Shown here: positions 9,857 through 19,332 of the stretch, piece by piece
Layout of the letters: each line of letters opens with the position of its first letter
Numbering within the stretch: position 1 is the first letter of the stretch
Origin: an uncultured Eubacteriales bacterium
Lineage (GTDB): Bacteria > Bacillota > Clostridia > Oscillospirales > UBA644
DNA length: 64,000 nt
Direction of reading: 5' to 3'
NCBI GenBank assembly: GCA_905207625.1
Contig: CAJLLT010000005.1
Span: 23,344-87,343, forward strand
The notes under the pieces: model-generated
What the model was told of the DNA's origin: nothing
The model's database searches: none
The model's input: the letters and a program-made list of their open reading frames with translations, nothing else
Program-made: the position numbers and the translations under genes

Positions 9857-10930
9857 TTACAGAAGCACTTCTTTTCCGGTTTCGGCGGATTTGTACATAG
9901 CTCTGAGGATCTTTATCATGTTTATACCCTGCTGGGGAACGAAATCGGGTTTTGTTCCGTTAAGCACAACGTCAACGAAATGCGCCTGATTGCGGGCATG
10001 ACCGTTACCCATGTCGCATTTGTGTCTGATGTCGGTGGTGCCGCCTCTGCCCCACTCGTCCCACTCGGTGAAAATGTCAATGGTGCCGTCGCCGTCCCAG
10101 TGGAATCCGGCTTTGGTTCCTCGGAGTTCAACAAAACGGGTCTCTTTTTCGATGTTGGAAGCCCAGCTGAATTCTATCTGCAGGCAGGCGCCGTTATCGA
10201 ACTTGATAAAACCGCAGGCGAGATCTTCCACGTCAAAGGTTCCGCCTTCCACTTTATCGCCGAAGTTGGAATGCTCGGAGTCGCTTTTCGCCTCGTTCTT
10301 ATCAAATACAGTGTAGGTACAGCCGGAAACGGCAACAGGTTTGGGATTGCCCATCAGCCACATTGAAAGGTCTATCATATGAACGCCGAGATCTATAAGA
10401 GGACCGCCGCCGGACATGGCTTTGGTGGTGAACCAACCGCCCTTACCGGGAATACCTCTGCGACGTATCCAGCAGCAGCGTCCGGCATAGAACTGACCCG
10501 CTTTGCCCTCGTCGATAAATTTCTTTATATATCTGGAGTTCTCGAAATATCTGTTGTTACGCATGACCATGAGGACCTTGCCGGCTTTCTCGGCGGCGTC
10601 TCTCATCTTTTCCGCATCTTCAACGCTTACGGAGTCGGGCTTCTCGCAGAAAACGTGCATACCGTGCTCCAGTGCGTATACGGCAATGGGGGAATGCAGA
10701 TAGTTAGGGGTGCTGATATCAACGGCATCAAGCTGCTCGTTGTCTATCATTTCCTTATAGTCGGTATAAACTTTGGCGTTGGGGAAAAGGGTATCTTTGA
10801 TCTCTACGGCTCTCTCCTCGATGATATCGCAGAGGGCAACGACTTCAACGTTATCCATGTGCGCATAATTTTCCTGATGGAAAGATCCCATGCCGCCGAG
10901 ACCGACGGAACCTATCCTGAGTTTCTTCAT
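9857..10930 (-). CDS. Gfo/Idh/MocA family NAD(P)-dependent oxidoreductase
   Basis: Rossmann N-terminus MKKLRIGSVGLGGMGSFH and an EKP motif (FCEKPDS). Start set to the internal ATG 10928-10930 with an AGGAG RBS. The longer ORF-track N-terminus runs through the promoter region. Confidence 0.85.
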   Translation of the reverse strand: MKKLRIGSVGLGGMGSFHQENYAHMDNVEVVALCDIIEERAVEIKDTLFPNAKVYTDYKEMIDNEQLDAVDISTPNYLHSPIAVYALEHGMHVFCEKPDSVSVEDAEKMRDAAEKAGKVLMVMRNNRYFENSRYIKKFIDEGKAGQFYAGRCCWIRRRGIPGKGGWFTTKAMSGGGPLIDLGVHMIDLSMWLMGNPKPVAVSGCTYTVFDKNEAKSDSEHSNFGDKVEGGTFDVEDLACGFIKFDNGACLQIEFSWASNIEKETRFVELRGTKAGFHWDGDGTIDIFTEWDEWGRGGTTDIRHKCDMGNGHARNQAHFVDVVLNGTKPDFVPQQGINMIKILRAMYKSAETGKEVLL

Positions 10931-11072
10931 GACTGTACACTCCTGTAAAAAAATATAATTATATGCATAAGTATACCACATTTTACCCTTGTTTTCAATA
11001 CTCGTTATTGACTTTTTTGTTAAAACAAGGATTCTTAAAAACCGAAATTTTTCGGGAAAAGTCCGCTTTATA

Positions 11073-11101
11073 TTGACAAACCCGGGCAGATACGCTATAA
11101 T
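11073..11101 (+). promoter_or_regulatory. Consensus sigma-A promoter for the 11136 membrane-protein gene
   Basis: TTGACA (11073-11078), exactly 17 nt of spacer, then TATAAT (11096-11101). Confidence 0.6.
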
Positions 11102-11135
11102 TTTGATACAGTAATCAATTCTTCCCGGAGGAATC

Positions 11136-11678
11136 ATGAAATCGGTACTGAAAAATTCCCTGTATCTTCTGCTCAGGTTCGCCCTCGTGGCTTTTCTCTC
11201 CTTTACAAGCTACCTTCTGGCGGCAAAATATGAGTTCGTTTCTTACATTCTTGTTGTGATCTACGGTTTCGCGTTGCTGTATTTCTTCAGCTACACTCTG
11301 TGGTATGAGGGAGATCGGGACACGAACAGAGTAAAGATCGGACAGGCCCCCGAAACGCTCTGGAAAGGCTTTGTTTCTGCGGCAATAGTACTGATCCCGA
11401 TAATCATAGCTCTCGCAATATCGCTTTTCTTCATCAGCAGCACAGGTCCCGCAAGCGAAGTGTGGGGACTTGTACGCATTATCCTTTCCTCCGGAGGATT
11501 CTATCTGTTCTACGTTCTTTTTCCTCTTTCCCCCGTGGGAGCCACCGTGGCGGTCATATTCCTTTACCTGATTGCAATTGTATGCGCCGGAACAGGTTAT
11601 ATCCTGGGTTATAAACGTATCAGCGTGAAAGAGACCCTGAAGACCAGGTTTTCCGGCATTTTCAGGAAGAATAACTGA
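11136..11678 (+). CDS. Small multi-pass membrane protein, unknown function
   Basis: 180 aa with 4-5 hydrophobic helices, a GGAGGA RBS and a perfect promoter upstream. Its 3' end overlaps the convergent gene by 17 nt. Confidence 0.55.
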   Translation: MKSVLKNSLYLLLRFALVAFLSFTSYLLAAKYEFVSYILVVIYGFALLYFFSYTLWYEGDRDTNRVKIGQAPETLWKGFVSAAIVLIPIIIALAISLFFISSTGPASEVWGLVRIILSSGGFYLFYVLFPLSPVGATVAVIFLYLIAIVCAGTGYILGYKRISVKETLKTRFSGIFRKNN

Positions 11679-12684
11679 TATTCTCCGTCCGGTTGTGAAG
11701 ATAGCTCCCGGCTTCCGTGCCCAGGGCGGATGTCATTTTTACCGTTACAGTCAGTATGCCTTTTTTCTCCGTTGCTTCTGCCGAACCGCCGTAACGCAGA
11801 GCAACGGAGTTTGCTTTTTCCAGTCTTGACTGTATCCTGCCGTCAGGTGCAAACTCTACAACAGGAATGCCGCTTCTTCTTGCACTGAAAATAAATGTAA
11901 CGTCTTCGCCCTTTACACGAACTTTGGCGCGGGCACTGTCTGCCGGGGCCGCGGAAAAGACGTAACTTACGGCGGCATCAAGCATTTCGTCAAGCTCTTT
12001 GCCGTTACAGACAATAAACACACTATCATCGCAGTTCTCCGCACAGATAAGCCCCGCGTGCATCTTGCAGTAGGTGCTGAAATAATCCTTCAGACGGAAA
12101 GTTGAATGATTAGGCTCCGAAGTTTTTGAAACGAGTCTCAGCGCATATGTATAATCCCGGACATAAGAAGAAAACTCCTGTACGCAGTCCGTCATCCGGG
12201 ACATCGCAACACGGAACATCGGATCGGACATTAGATCCTCACGCTGCTCAAGCTTCTCTATCAGCCCACGCATGCAACGGACAGGATTTTCAAAGGTCTC
12301 CGCGGATCGGTCGGCAAGGGTGATATCAGCCGCTTCGGCATACATGGACTCCAGAAGCTCCTTTGGCTGTTCAACGTGCATTATGGCGCACTTGCCGTTA
12401 AGAATGCCGCCTATGGGGATAAAACTTGCCGAACTGAAACCCCTGATACCCAGACCTGAAATTCCGGCAGGTTTGCCGCTGTGAAGTTTTTCCGATATTT
12501 CCTGAATATACATCGGGCAGATAAAACGTTTTATTCCCTGCCCCTCACAAAGCTCCGGAAACTCTCTTGAAGCAAAATCATTTGAATATATCCGGTCAAG
12601 TTTGTCCGTAACAAATATGACCGGAAAGGACGCATTGTCATACAAAGGCCCCAGAATCGTCCTGACTTTTGTAAAATCGTTCAT
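11662..12684 (-). CDS. Hypothetical cytoplasmic protein with degenerate histidine-kinase-like (DHp + GHKL) architecture
   Basis: 340 aa. A central helix NPVRCMRGLIEKLEQ resembles an H-box but has no His. The C-terminal ...VRVKGEDVTFIFSARRSGIPV...ALRYGGSAEATEKKGILTVTVKM resembles HATPase_c but lacks the N-box Asn and DxGxG. Confidence 0.55.
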   Translation of the reverse strand: MNDFTKVRTILGPLYDNASFPVIFVTDKLDRIYSNDFASREFPELCEGQGIKRFICPMYIQEISEKLHSGKPAGISGLGIRGFSSASFIPIGGILNGKCAIMHVEQPKELLESMYAEAADITLADRSAETFENPVRCMRGLIEKLEQREDLMSDPMFRVAMSRMTDCVQEFSSYVRDYTYALRLVSKTSEPNHSTFRLKDYFSTYCKMHAGLICAENCDDSVFIVCNGKELDEMLDAAVSYVFSAAPADSARAKVRVKGEDVTFIFSARRSGIPVVEFAPDGRIQSRLEKANSVALRYGGSAEATEKKGILTVTVKMTSALGTEAGSYLHNRTENISYSS

Positions 12685-12883
12685 TTTTCCTCCGTTTACA
12701 GTTCCTGTGTAGTATATTCTCTCCCCGACTCTTCCCCATCCGGAGAAACAATTAAGGGCTTCCGAAAAAAAATTAACAGTTAAATTCGGTAATATTCGCC
12801 TAAACTTCCATGTTATGACACAATTTCAGTGTAAAATGTCATCGTATAAAAAACTTTATATAGTTTTTCTGGAGGACTAAAAA

Positions 12884-13912
12884 ATGGTTAAAGTTGCTAT
12901 TAACGGTTTTGGCCGTATCGGTCGTCTGGCTTTCCGTCAGATGTTCGACGCTGAAGGTTACGAAGTTGTAGCCATCAACGATCTTACCAGCCCCAAGATG
13001 CTGGCTCACCTGCTCAAGTATGACACTGCTCAGGGCTCTTTCCTCGGCAGAATCGGTGAAAACAAGCACACTGTTGAAGCTACCGAAGACTCCATCATTG
13101 TCGACGGTAAGGAAATCAAGATCTACGCTGAAAAAGACGCTGCAAACTGCCCCTGGGGCAAGCTCGACGTTGACGTTGTTCTTGAGTGCACCGGTTTCTA
13201 CACCTCTAAGGAAAAGAGCATGGCTCATATCAATGCCGGCGCGAAGAAAGTCGTTATCTCCGCTCCCGCAGGCAACGATCTGAAGACCATCGTTTTCAGC
13301 GTTAACGAAAAGACTCTTACCGCTGACGATCAGATAATCTCCGCAGCTTCCTGCACCACCAACTGCCTGGCTCCCATGGCTAAAGCGCTCAACGACTACG
13401 CTCCCATTCAGTCCGGTATCATGTCCACCATTCACGCTTATACCGGCGACCAGATGATCCTCGACGGTCCCCAGAGAAAGGGCGATCTCAGAAGATCCAG
13501 AGCCGGCGCTCAGAACATAGTTCCCAACTCCACCGGTGCCGCCAAGGCTATCGGTCTGGTAATTCCCGAACTCAACGGCAAGCTCATCGGCTCCGCTCAG
13601 AGAGTTCCTACTCCTACCGGCTCCACCACCATCCTGGTTGCTGTCGTTAAGGGCAAGGATGTTACCAAGGAAGGCATCAACGCCGCTATGAAGGCTGCTT
13701 CCAACGAGTCCTTCGGTTACAACACCGACGAGATCGTTTCCTCCGACGTTATCGGTATGCGTTACGGTTCTCTGTTCGATGCAACCCAGACCATGGTTTC
13801 CAAGATCGACGACGATACCTATCAGGTTCAGGTCGTTTCCTGGTACGACAACGAGAACAGCTACACCTCTCAGATGGTCAGAACCATCAAGTATTTCGCT
13901 GAAATCAAATAA
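12884..13912 (+). CDS. gap: Glyceraldehyde-3-phosphate dehydrogenase (type I)
   Basis: N-terminus [18 protein letters not shown], active site [12 protein letters not shown], and WYDNE near the C-terminus. GGAGGA RBS. Confidence 0.95.
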   Translation: MVKVAINGFGRIGRLAFRQMFDAEGYEVVAINDLTSPKMLAHLLKYDTAQGSFLGRIGENKHTVEATEDSIIVDGKEIKIYAEKDAANCPWGKLDVDVVLECTGFYTSKEKSMAHINAGAKKVVISAPAGNDLKTIVFSVNEKTLTADDQIISAASCTTNCLAPMAKALNDYAPIQSGIMSTIHAYTGDQMILDGPQRKGDLRRSRAGAQNIVPNSTGAAKAIGLVIPELNGKLIGSAQRVPTPTGSTTILVAVVKGKDVTKEGINAAMKAASNESFGYNTDEIVSSDVIGMRYGSLFDATQTMVSKIDDDTYQVQVVSWYDNENSYTSQMVRTIKYFAEIK

Positions 13913-13930
13913 GTCAGACAATGACTCTGA

Positions 13931-13965
13931 AAAGCCGCCGATTTTGTATCGGCGGCTTTTTTTTG
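13931..13965 (+). terminator. Rho-independent terminator after gap
   Basis: Stem AAAGCCGCCGAT / ATCGGCGGCTTT with a TTTGT loop and an 8-T run. Confidence 0.85.
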
Positions 13966-14304
13966 CTATTTACGGCCAGACCTGCCGATAAGCATGTCAG
14001 TAAAGGCAAAAACCAGCTCCCTGTCCTTTTCATCCAGAAGCGCAAGTTTTTGCGCAAGAGTCTTTTCGTCCGGAATTCCGGCTTTCCGGTTTTGCGCCCC
14101 GAGAAGGACCTCGTCAAAGGTCATGTCAAGGGCTTTGCATATTCCTGCCAGCGTTTCAAGGCTGGTTACACTGTGTCCCCGCTCTATGTTCGAAAGATAG
14201 TTGTCACTCAGATCCGCTATTTCGGCAACCTGAGCCTGCTTCAGTCCGAGGGCACGGCGTTTTGCGGCAATTCTTGCCCCGATTTCTTTGTAGTTCAGAT
14301 CCAC
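13966..14304 (-). CDS. XRE-family helix-turn-helix transcriptional regulator
   Basis: HTH segment LGLKQAQVAEIADLSDNYLSNIERG. GTG start with an AAGGCGGTG RBS. Confidence 0.85.
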   Translation of the reverse strand: MDLNYKEIGARIAAKRRALGLKQAQVAEIADLSDNYLSNIERGHSVTSLETLAGICKALDMTFDEVLLGAQNRKAGIPDEKTLAQKLALLDEKDRELVFAFTDMLIGRSGRK

Positions 14305-14327
14305 GGGATTGCACCGCCTTTTTCAAT

Positions 14328-14346
14328 GTGTAAGTATATTTTACAC
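14328..14346. promoter_or_regulatory. Candidate operator upstream of the XRE gene
   Basis: Inverted repeat GTGTAA-N7-TTACAC lies 24-42 nt upstream of the XRE start. A further TTACAC half-site is at 14384-14389. Confidence 0.3.
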
Positions 14347-14431
14347 TATAAAACACAAAAGGTTAATATTCTATAAAAAATATTTACACTTATGCAGTTA
14401 GCAATCCCCTTTTCAACTCTGTTTATTCATG

Positions 14432-14460
14432 AAAAATGCGCCGCGAAAATCGCGGCGCAC
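14432..14460 (-). terminator. Rho-independent terminator after the Clp ATPase gene
   Basis: On the minus strand, the 10-bp stem TGCGCCGCGA/TCGCGGCGCA (3-nt loop) is followed by TTTTT. Confidence 0.8.
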
Positions 14461-14476
14461 GGCTTAAGTTTAAAAG

Positions 14477-16735
14477 CTAATTGATGCTGACCGATATTTC
14501 CCCGTTTTCGGAGGAAAGTATCACTTTTGAGGGAACGGAATCGGAAGCACACATCTGTGCCACCGCCTTATCCTCGATCTGCTTCTGTATCACACGTCGG
14601 ACATTTCTCGCCCCATACTCGGCGCTGTAGCTCTTCTCCGCAAGGATATCCACCACACCGTCATCATATTCCAGGGCTATTTCACGCTGTCTCAGTCCGT
14701 CCTCAAGCTCACGCAGACGTATCCGGACAATATCGCCGAACACTGATTTCGGAAGAGGATCAAATGTGATTATCTCATCTACACGGTTCAGGAACTCAGG
14801 ACGAAGGAATTCGCTGAGAGCCTTTTTTGTCTTCTCCTCGGAGGCTTCCGCAGATGATTTTGTAAATCCTGCGGCACTGCCCCTGATGTTAGAACCGGCA
14901 TTTGAGGTCATAACTATAAGAGTATTCTCAAAATTCACTGTTCTGCCCTGGGCATCGGTTATGCGTCCGTCGTCAAGAACCTGAAGAAGTATGTTCATAA
15001 CATCGGGATGAGCCTTTTCGATCTCATCGAAAAGTATGACGGAATAAGGCTTACGGCGGATCTTTTCCGTCAGCTGTCCAGCTTCGTCATAGCCAACATA
15101 TCCCGGAGGCGCACCTATGATGCGTGAAACGGAATGCTTCTCCATAAACTCGCTCATGTCAAGTCTTATGAGGGTCTCGGGTGAATCAAAAAGTTCCCTG
15201 GAGAGAACCTTCACAAGCTCCGTTTTACCAACGCCGGTAGGCCCGGTAAAGATAAAAGATATGGGTCTGTGCCGGGGAACAAGTCCCACTCTGCCCCGCT
15301 TTACGGCGGCGGAAACTGCGGCGACTGCCTTATCCTGACCCACGATGTATTTTTTCAGATTTGCCTCAAGATTATTGAGTTTACTGTTTTCGCTTTCCTG
15401 TATTTTTGCCGCGGGAATTCCGGTCCACAGCTGAACGACCGTAGCCAGGTCGTCATAAGTCACCGCACAATCCTTTATCTGATCCTGAAGTGCCGCAACT
15501 TCTTCGGAAAGCTTACATTCGGCGGCTCTTGCCTTTGCTATAGCCATGAAATCATCGTTTGTAGGCTCCGCAATTGCACCCAGTGCCGCCAGCTCATCCT
15601 TTGCCGCGGCAAGGTCACGTCCCTTAAGGAAAAGCTGTTCGTATGCGGGATTTCGCAGTACAGCGTTTGACGCCGCCTCATCTATAAGATCTATGGCTTT
15701 ATCGGGGAGAAATCTGTCGGTAACGTACCTTTCGGACATCTCAACCGCCTTCTCAGCCACAAGCATGGGGATCTTGATGTTATGGAATTTTTCATAGTAG
15801 CCTTTTATTCCGCGGATCATCTCAACGGTCTCCGCAATTGAAGGCTCATCGACTATTACCGGCTGGAATCTTCGCTCTAGGGCTGCGTCCTTTTCAATAT
15901 ACTTGCGGTACTCCTTAAGCGTAGTTGCACCGATAACCTGAATCTCACCTCTTGAAAGCGCGGGTTTGAGCATATTCGCAGCGCTCATCGTTCCTTCGGA
16001 ATCCCCGGTACCCACGAGATTATGGACTTCATCGATAACAAGTATGATATTACCTACCCGCTTGACTTCCTCGATCAGACCTTTTACCCGGCTCTCAAAC
16101 TGACCTCTGAACTGGGTTCCGGCTATCAGCGCCGTCAGATCAAGCAGATATATTTCCTTCATGGCGATTTTTGCTGGAGCCTTCCCCTGGGCTATACGGA
16201 GAGCAACGCCCTCCGCGATGGCGGTTTTGCCAACGCCTGGTTCACCGATGAGACAGGGATTGTTTTTTGTGCGGCGGTTGAGTATCTGCATCACCCGCTG
16301 CATTTCCGTTTCTCTGCCTACAATGTTATCTATTTTATTTTCTCTTGCCTTCTGTGTCAGGTTCTGACAGAACTGGGGCAGATATTTGAGTCTTCCGTCG
16401 TCACTCTGACGGGATCTTTCCCTCTTCTGTTTTTTCTCTTTTCCGGGAGTCTCCTCGGATTTTGCAAGTCCGTCAGCGGACAGATCCACACTCGGCGCAC
16501 CGCCCTCGGAAAAATCCTGGTCAGCCTCGGCACCGTTAAGCAGTTCCGTAAGCTGTTCATTCATTTCATCCATTGCATCCTGGTCAAGCCCGAGGTTCTG
16601 GAAAAGATCATTTACCGGGTTGAAACCCATCTCACGGGCGCATTTAATGCAAAGCCCTTCCTTTATGGTCTTACCTTCCTCAACTCTCGAAACAAAAACC
16701 ACAGCCATTCTTTTTTTGCATCTGCTGCACAACAT
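14477..16735 (-). CDS. Double-AAA+ Clp/Hsp100 ATPase (ClpC/ClpA-like) with N-terminal C4 zinc ribbon instead of a Clp_N domain
   Basis: Two Walker A sites (GEPGVGKTAIAEG and GPTGVGKTELVK), plus HSVSRIIGAPPGYVGY. The N-terminus is CSRCKK...CIKCA. A possible ClpP-docking tripeptide AGF sits in GSAAGFTK. Confidence 0.9.
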   Translation of the reverse strand: MLCSRCKKRMAVVFVSRVEEGKTIKEGLCIKCAREMGFNPVNDLFQNLGLDQDAMDEMNEQLTELLNGAEADQDFSEGGAPSVDLSADGLAKSEETPGKEKKQKRERSRQSDDGRLKYLPQFCQNLTQKARENKIDNIVGRETEMQRVMQILNRRTKNNPCLIGEPGVGKTAIAEGVALRIAQGKAPAKIAMKEIYLLDLTALIAGTQFRGQFESRVKGLIEEVKRVGNIILVIDEVHNLVGTGDSEGTMSAANMLKPALSRGEIQVIGATTLKEYRKYIEKDAALERRFQPVIVDEPSIAETVEMIRGIKGYYEKFHNIKIPMLVAEKAVEMSERYVTDRFLPDKAIDLIDEAASNAVLRNPAYEQLFLKGRDLAAAKDELAALGAIAEPTNDDFMAIAKARAAECKLSEEVAALQDQIKDCAVTYDDLATVVQLWTGIPAAKIQESENSKLNNLEANLKKYIVGQDKAVAAVSAAVKRGRVGLVPRHRPISFIFTGPTGVGKTELVKVLSRELFDSPETLIRLDMSEFMEKHSVSRIIGAPPGYVGYDEAGQLTEKIRRKPYSVILFDEIEKAHPDVMNILLQVLDDGRITDAQGRTVNFENTLIVMTSNAGSNIRGSAAGFTKSSAEASEEKTKKALSEFLRPEFLNRVDEIITFDPLPKSVFGDIVRIRLRELEDGLRQREIALEYDDGVVDILAEKSYSAEYGARNVRRVIQKQIEDKAVAQMCASDSVPSKVILSSENGEISVSIN

Positions 16736-16755
16736 CTCTGTGTAATTCTCCGTTC

Positions 16756-17328
16756 TTAAACAGTCTGCTTTCCGGTCTCATTTTTTTTGAGCCGATTGAT
16801 CTTTATTGCCGTAGCAACGTAATTTGCCGCGGCAAAAAGTGAAACCGCCAAAGCAACGCTCATACAGATAGAAACAACTATCTGAATAGTTATTTTTTCA
16901 ACCTCAGCCACATCCATGACGATAGCGGAAAGAAAAGTGCAGAAAAACAGCACTGACGCAAGTTTTCCGTACCATCTGGAGGCTATGACGGCGTGGGTCT
17001 TTTTGAGAAAAACTATTCCGCCCACAGCCATGAACAGCTCTTTGGCTACCACGACCAGAAGCAGCCACGGGGAAACAAACCCTTTAAGAACTATGCAACC
17101 GATGGTGGAAATATGAAAAAGCTTGTCCGCGATAGGATCGAGAACCTTTCCCAGATCTGATATCTGGTTGTACTTTCTGGCGATATATCCGTCCAGGACA
17201 TCCGAAATTCCTGACAGCACAAGCGCGGCAAAGGCATAGATTTTCATTCCCGGAGTGAAGTAAAAGACGCAGAACACGGGAACAAGAAGTATTCTTATAA
17301 CACTTATCAGATTCGGAATCGTCCACAT
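16756..17328 (-). CDS. pgsA: CDP-diacylglycerol--glycerol-3-phosphate 3-phosphatidyltransferase
   Basis: CDP-alcohol phosphatidyltransferase motif DGYIARKYNQISDLGKVLDPIADKL; membrane protein. Confidence 0.85.
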   Translation of the reverse strand: MWTIPNLISVIRILLVPVFCVFYFTPGMKIYAFAALVLSGISDVLDGYIARKYNQISDLGKVLDPIADKLFHISTIGCIVLKGFVSPWLLLVVVAKELFMAVGGIVFLKKTHAVIASRWYGKLASVLFFCTFLSAIVMDVAEVEKITIQIVVSICMSVALAVSLFAAANYVATAIKINRLKKNETGKQTV

Positions 17329-17377
17329 TTCGAAAGGTTCTCCTTAATATAATTACCTCTGATCTCAAATATCCCGA

Positions 17378-18124
17378 TCACCACTTACCGAACAGGCGGT
17401 TAAAGGGATTTATATCATCGAAATACTCGTAAACTACAGTATTGTCTATTATCTTCTGCCGGTCTGCAATGCTCGTATCCTTCATTACATAGCCGGAGGC
17501 CACGTTGACAAGAGATACGGCAATGAAAGTTACAAGAAAAGCGCTGATTATTCCGGCTACGGCTCCACCGAATTTGTCCAGTTGACGCACGACCGGAATA
17601 TTGATCACAAGATCCGACAGCCACCACAGCACCGCTATGGCAATGCAGCATATAAGGAATATCAGCACAAACGCGATGACCCGGCTCACCGTTGCGGAAA
17701 TAGGTGTTATCATAGTGTCGGTCACGGCAGATTTGGCATACTCCACACCGGACTCCTTGAGACTGTTGTATTTTTCGATCACGGCATCAACGTCAATATT
17801 GAGAAACTCAAGGGTATCAAGAAAAAACTGCGGCTGATCCGCAAGAAGCTCTTCCAGGTCAAGATCCTCAAGAGACGCCTTGACTCCTTCCGCAGTGGGA
17901 GAAAGTCTGTCCACAAGCCACTGCCGCATGGGGGCATGAACATAGTTTGTATCGATATAGGTACCGAGATTTGCTGAAAGAAGGAAAGCCACTATCAACG
18001 CCACGACTTTGCCGAAAAGCCCTATAACAGACTTGACCAGTCCACGGCGCATACCGATCACTATACTGATAACGAATATCAGGACTATAAGCAAGTCAAG
18101 TGCCGTACTTATCGCTATTTCCAC
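17378..18124 (-). CDS. cvpA: CvpA-family membrane protein
   Basis: N-terminus LDLLIVLIFVISIVIGMRRGLVKSVIGLFGKVVALIVAF is typical of CvpA. GTG start with a GGAGAGG RBS. Confidence 0.65.
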   Translation of the reverse strand: MEIAISTALDLLIVLIFVISIVIGMRRGLVKSVIGLFGKVVALIVAFLLSANLGTYIDTNYVHAPMRQWLVDRLSPTAEGVKASLEDLDLEELLADQPQFFLDTLEFLNIDVDAVIEKYNSLKESGVEYAKSAVTDTMITPISATVSRVIAFVLIFLICCIAIAVLWWLSDLVINIPVVRQLDKFGGAVAGIISAFLVTFIAVSLVNVASGYVMKDTSIADRQKIIDNTVVYEYFDDINPFNRLFGKW

Positions 18125-18144
18125 GTTGTTTTACCTCTCCGTCT

Positions 18145-19332
18145 TCATTCTTGTTGGCTGAAATCGAGTTTAAGGATCTTGTTTACTCCCACCAGCAGGA
18201 CCTTCCGCTGAATCGGCAATATCTGAATTGCGGCGGATTCAAGTTCCGCACTCCCGGTGATATTTCCCGATCTGTCAAGGCGGATAACCGTCCGGGCAGA
18301 TTCCACATAAAAATCCGAACCGTATACCGCCATGGTGGACACGGAATCGAATTCACGGCTGAAACAGACGTTACCGACCGTATCAAATGCCGTTACGAGA
18401 TATATTTTCCTTGATCTGTCCAGCACGGACGCGATCATCGAGTAATCCTTGCCTCTTACGGCAAGAACCACGTTTTCTCCTTCCAGATCCCGGATCACAT
18501 TATATCCCTCTCCGCGTACGGAAACCACGTCATAGGTTGAAAAAAGTTCGAGGGAACCGTCACTTTTGAGTTCCGACATAAGGGCTATGCGGTCGTCTAC
18601 GCGAACGACTTCACGTTCCTGTCCGCTGACGGATCTGTAATTGAAGGACCGTATCACAGTGTCTGAGCCTGTTCCTTCCGCCTCCACGGTGATTACCTGA
18701 ATATTATTCTTTGAAGTGGCAACAACATCGGCTATATATCCGTCAGCCGACCACCAGCGGAAGATCTTGTTGTATTCCTTATCGTAGACCAGAACCGCAC
18801 CTTTATAAGCCTTAGCGCGGTCCGAACCTGCGGAAGAGTCCTCATCATCCCCGTTGACGGCCACAACCAGACATCCGTCCCGGTCTATGTCGGCATTGAT
18901 TATACCCTTCTCGTATTCATGTTCAAAAAGAATATTGAAACTGTCGGTAACGTACAGCCGCTTTCCTCCCCGGTCATAGCAGAGTATATATCTGTCGCTG
19001 ACCCGGAGTACAGGATTTGCGAGCCCGATACCGTAAGTCGAGTAAACGTGAAAATCGGAGCTGTATACCGTGAGCTGTCCCTTGGTAAGGGTGACAAAAC
19101 CGTCCTTGAACGGCTTTACCGAAAAACCGTCGGAAGTGTCAACACTTATCTCGCTGCGTTTTTCCGAGGAAAATGATTTTTTGATGTTGAATATCATTCT
19201 CTTGGCATTATCTGGAGACAAAGCATCGGAATTGACCGCCACAAGAAAAATCATATACAGTACTATGATACCCAATAAGATGCGTTTTGCTATTCGGAGA
19301 CGCTTGAATTTTTTATTTTCGGCTTCAGTCAT
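18145..19332 (-). CDS. Membrane-anchored hypothetical protein with beta-rich ectodomain
   Basis: One N-terminal TM helix (ILLGIIVLYMIFLVAV) followed by a repetitive beta-strand-like sequence. Start set to ATG 19330-19332 (MTEAENKK), which overlaps the truA stop by 8 nt. Confidence 0.6.
   Translation of the reverse strand: MTEAENKKFKRLRIAKRILLGIIVLYMIFLVAVNSDALSPDNAKRMIFNIKKSFSSEKRSEISVDTSDGFSVKPFKDGFVTLTKGQLTVYSSDFHVYSTYGIGLANPVLRVSDRYILCYDRGGKRLYVTDSFNILFEHEYEKGIINADIDRDGCLVVAVNGDDEDSSAGSDRAKAYKGAVLVYDKEYNKIFRWWSADGYIADVVATSKNNIQVITVEAEGTGSDTVIRSFNYRSVSGQEREVVRVDDRIALMSELKSDGSLELFSTYDVVSVRGEGYNVIRDLEGENVVLAVRGKDYSMIASVLDRSRKIYLVTAFDTVGNVCFSREFDSVSTMAVYGSDFYVESARTVIRLDRSGNITGSAELESAAIQILPIQRKVLLVGVNKILKLDFSQQE

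Noticed and set aside
12685-12883. Inverted repeat ATGACA-N15-TGTCAT upstream of gap as a CggR-type operator.
   Set aside because: The arms are only 6 bp, no cggR gene is adjacent, and I could not define a convincing promoter around it.
12839-13921. 360-aa minus-strand ORF opposite gap.
   Set aside because: It is a Gly/Val/Asp-rich mirror translation of gap codons, and gap itself is certain.
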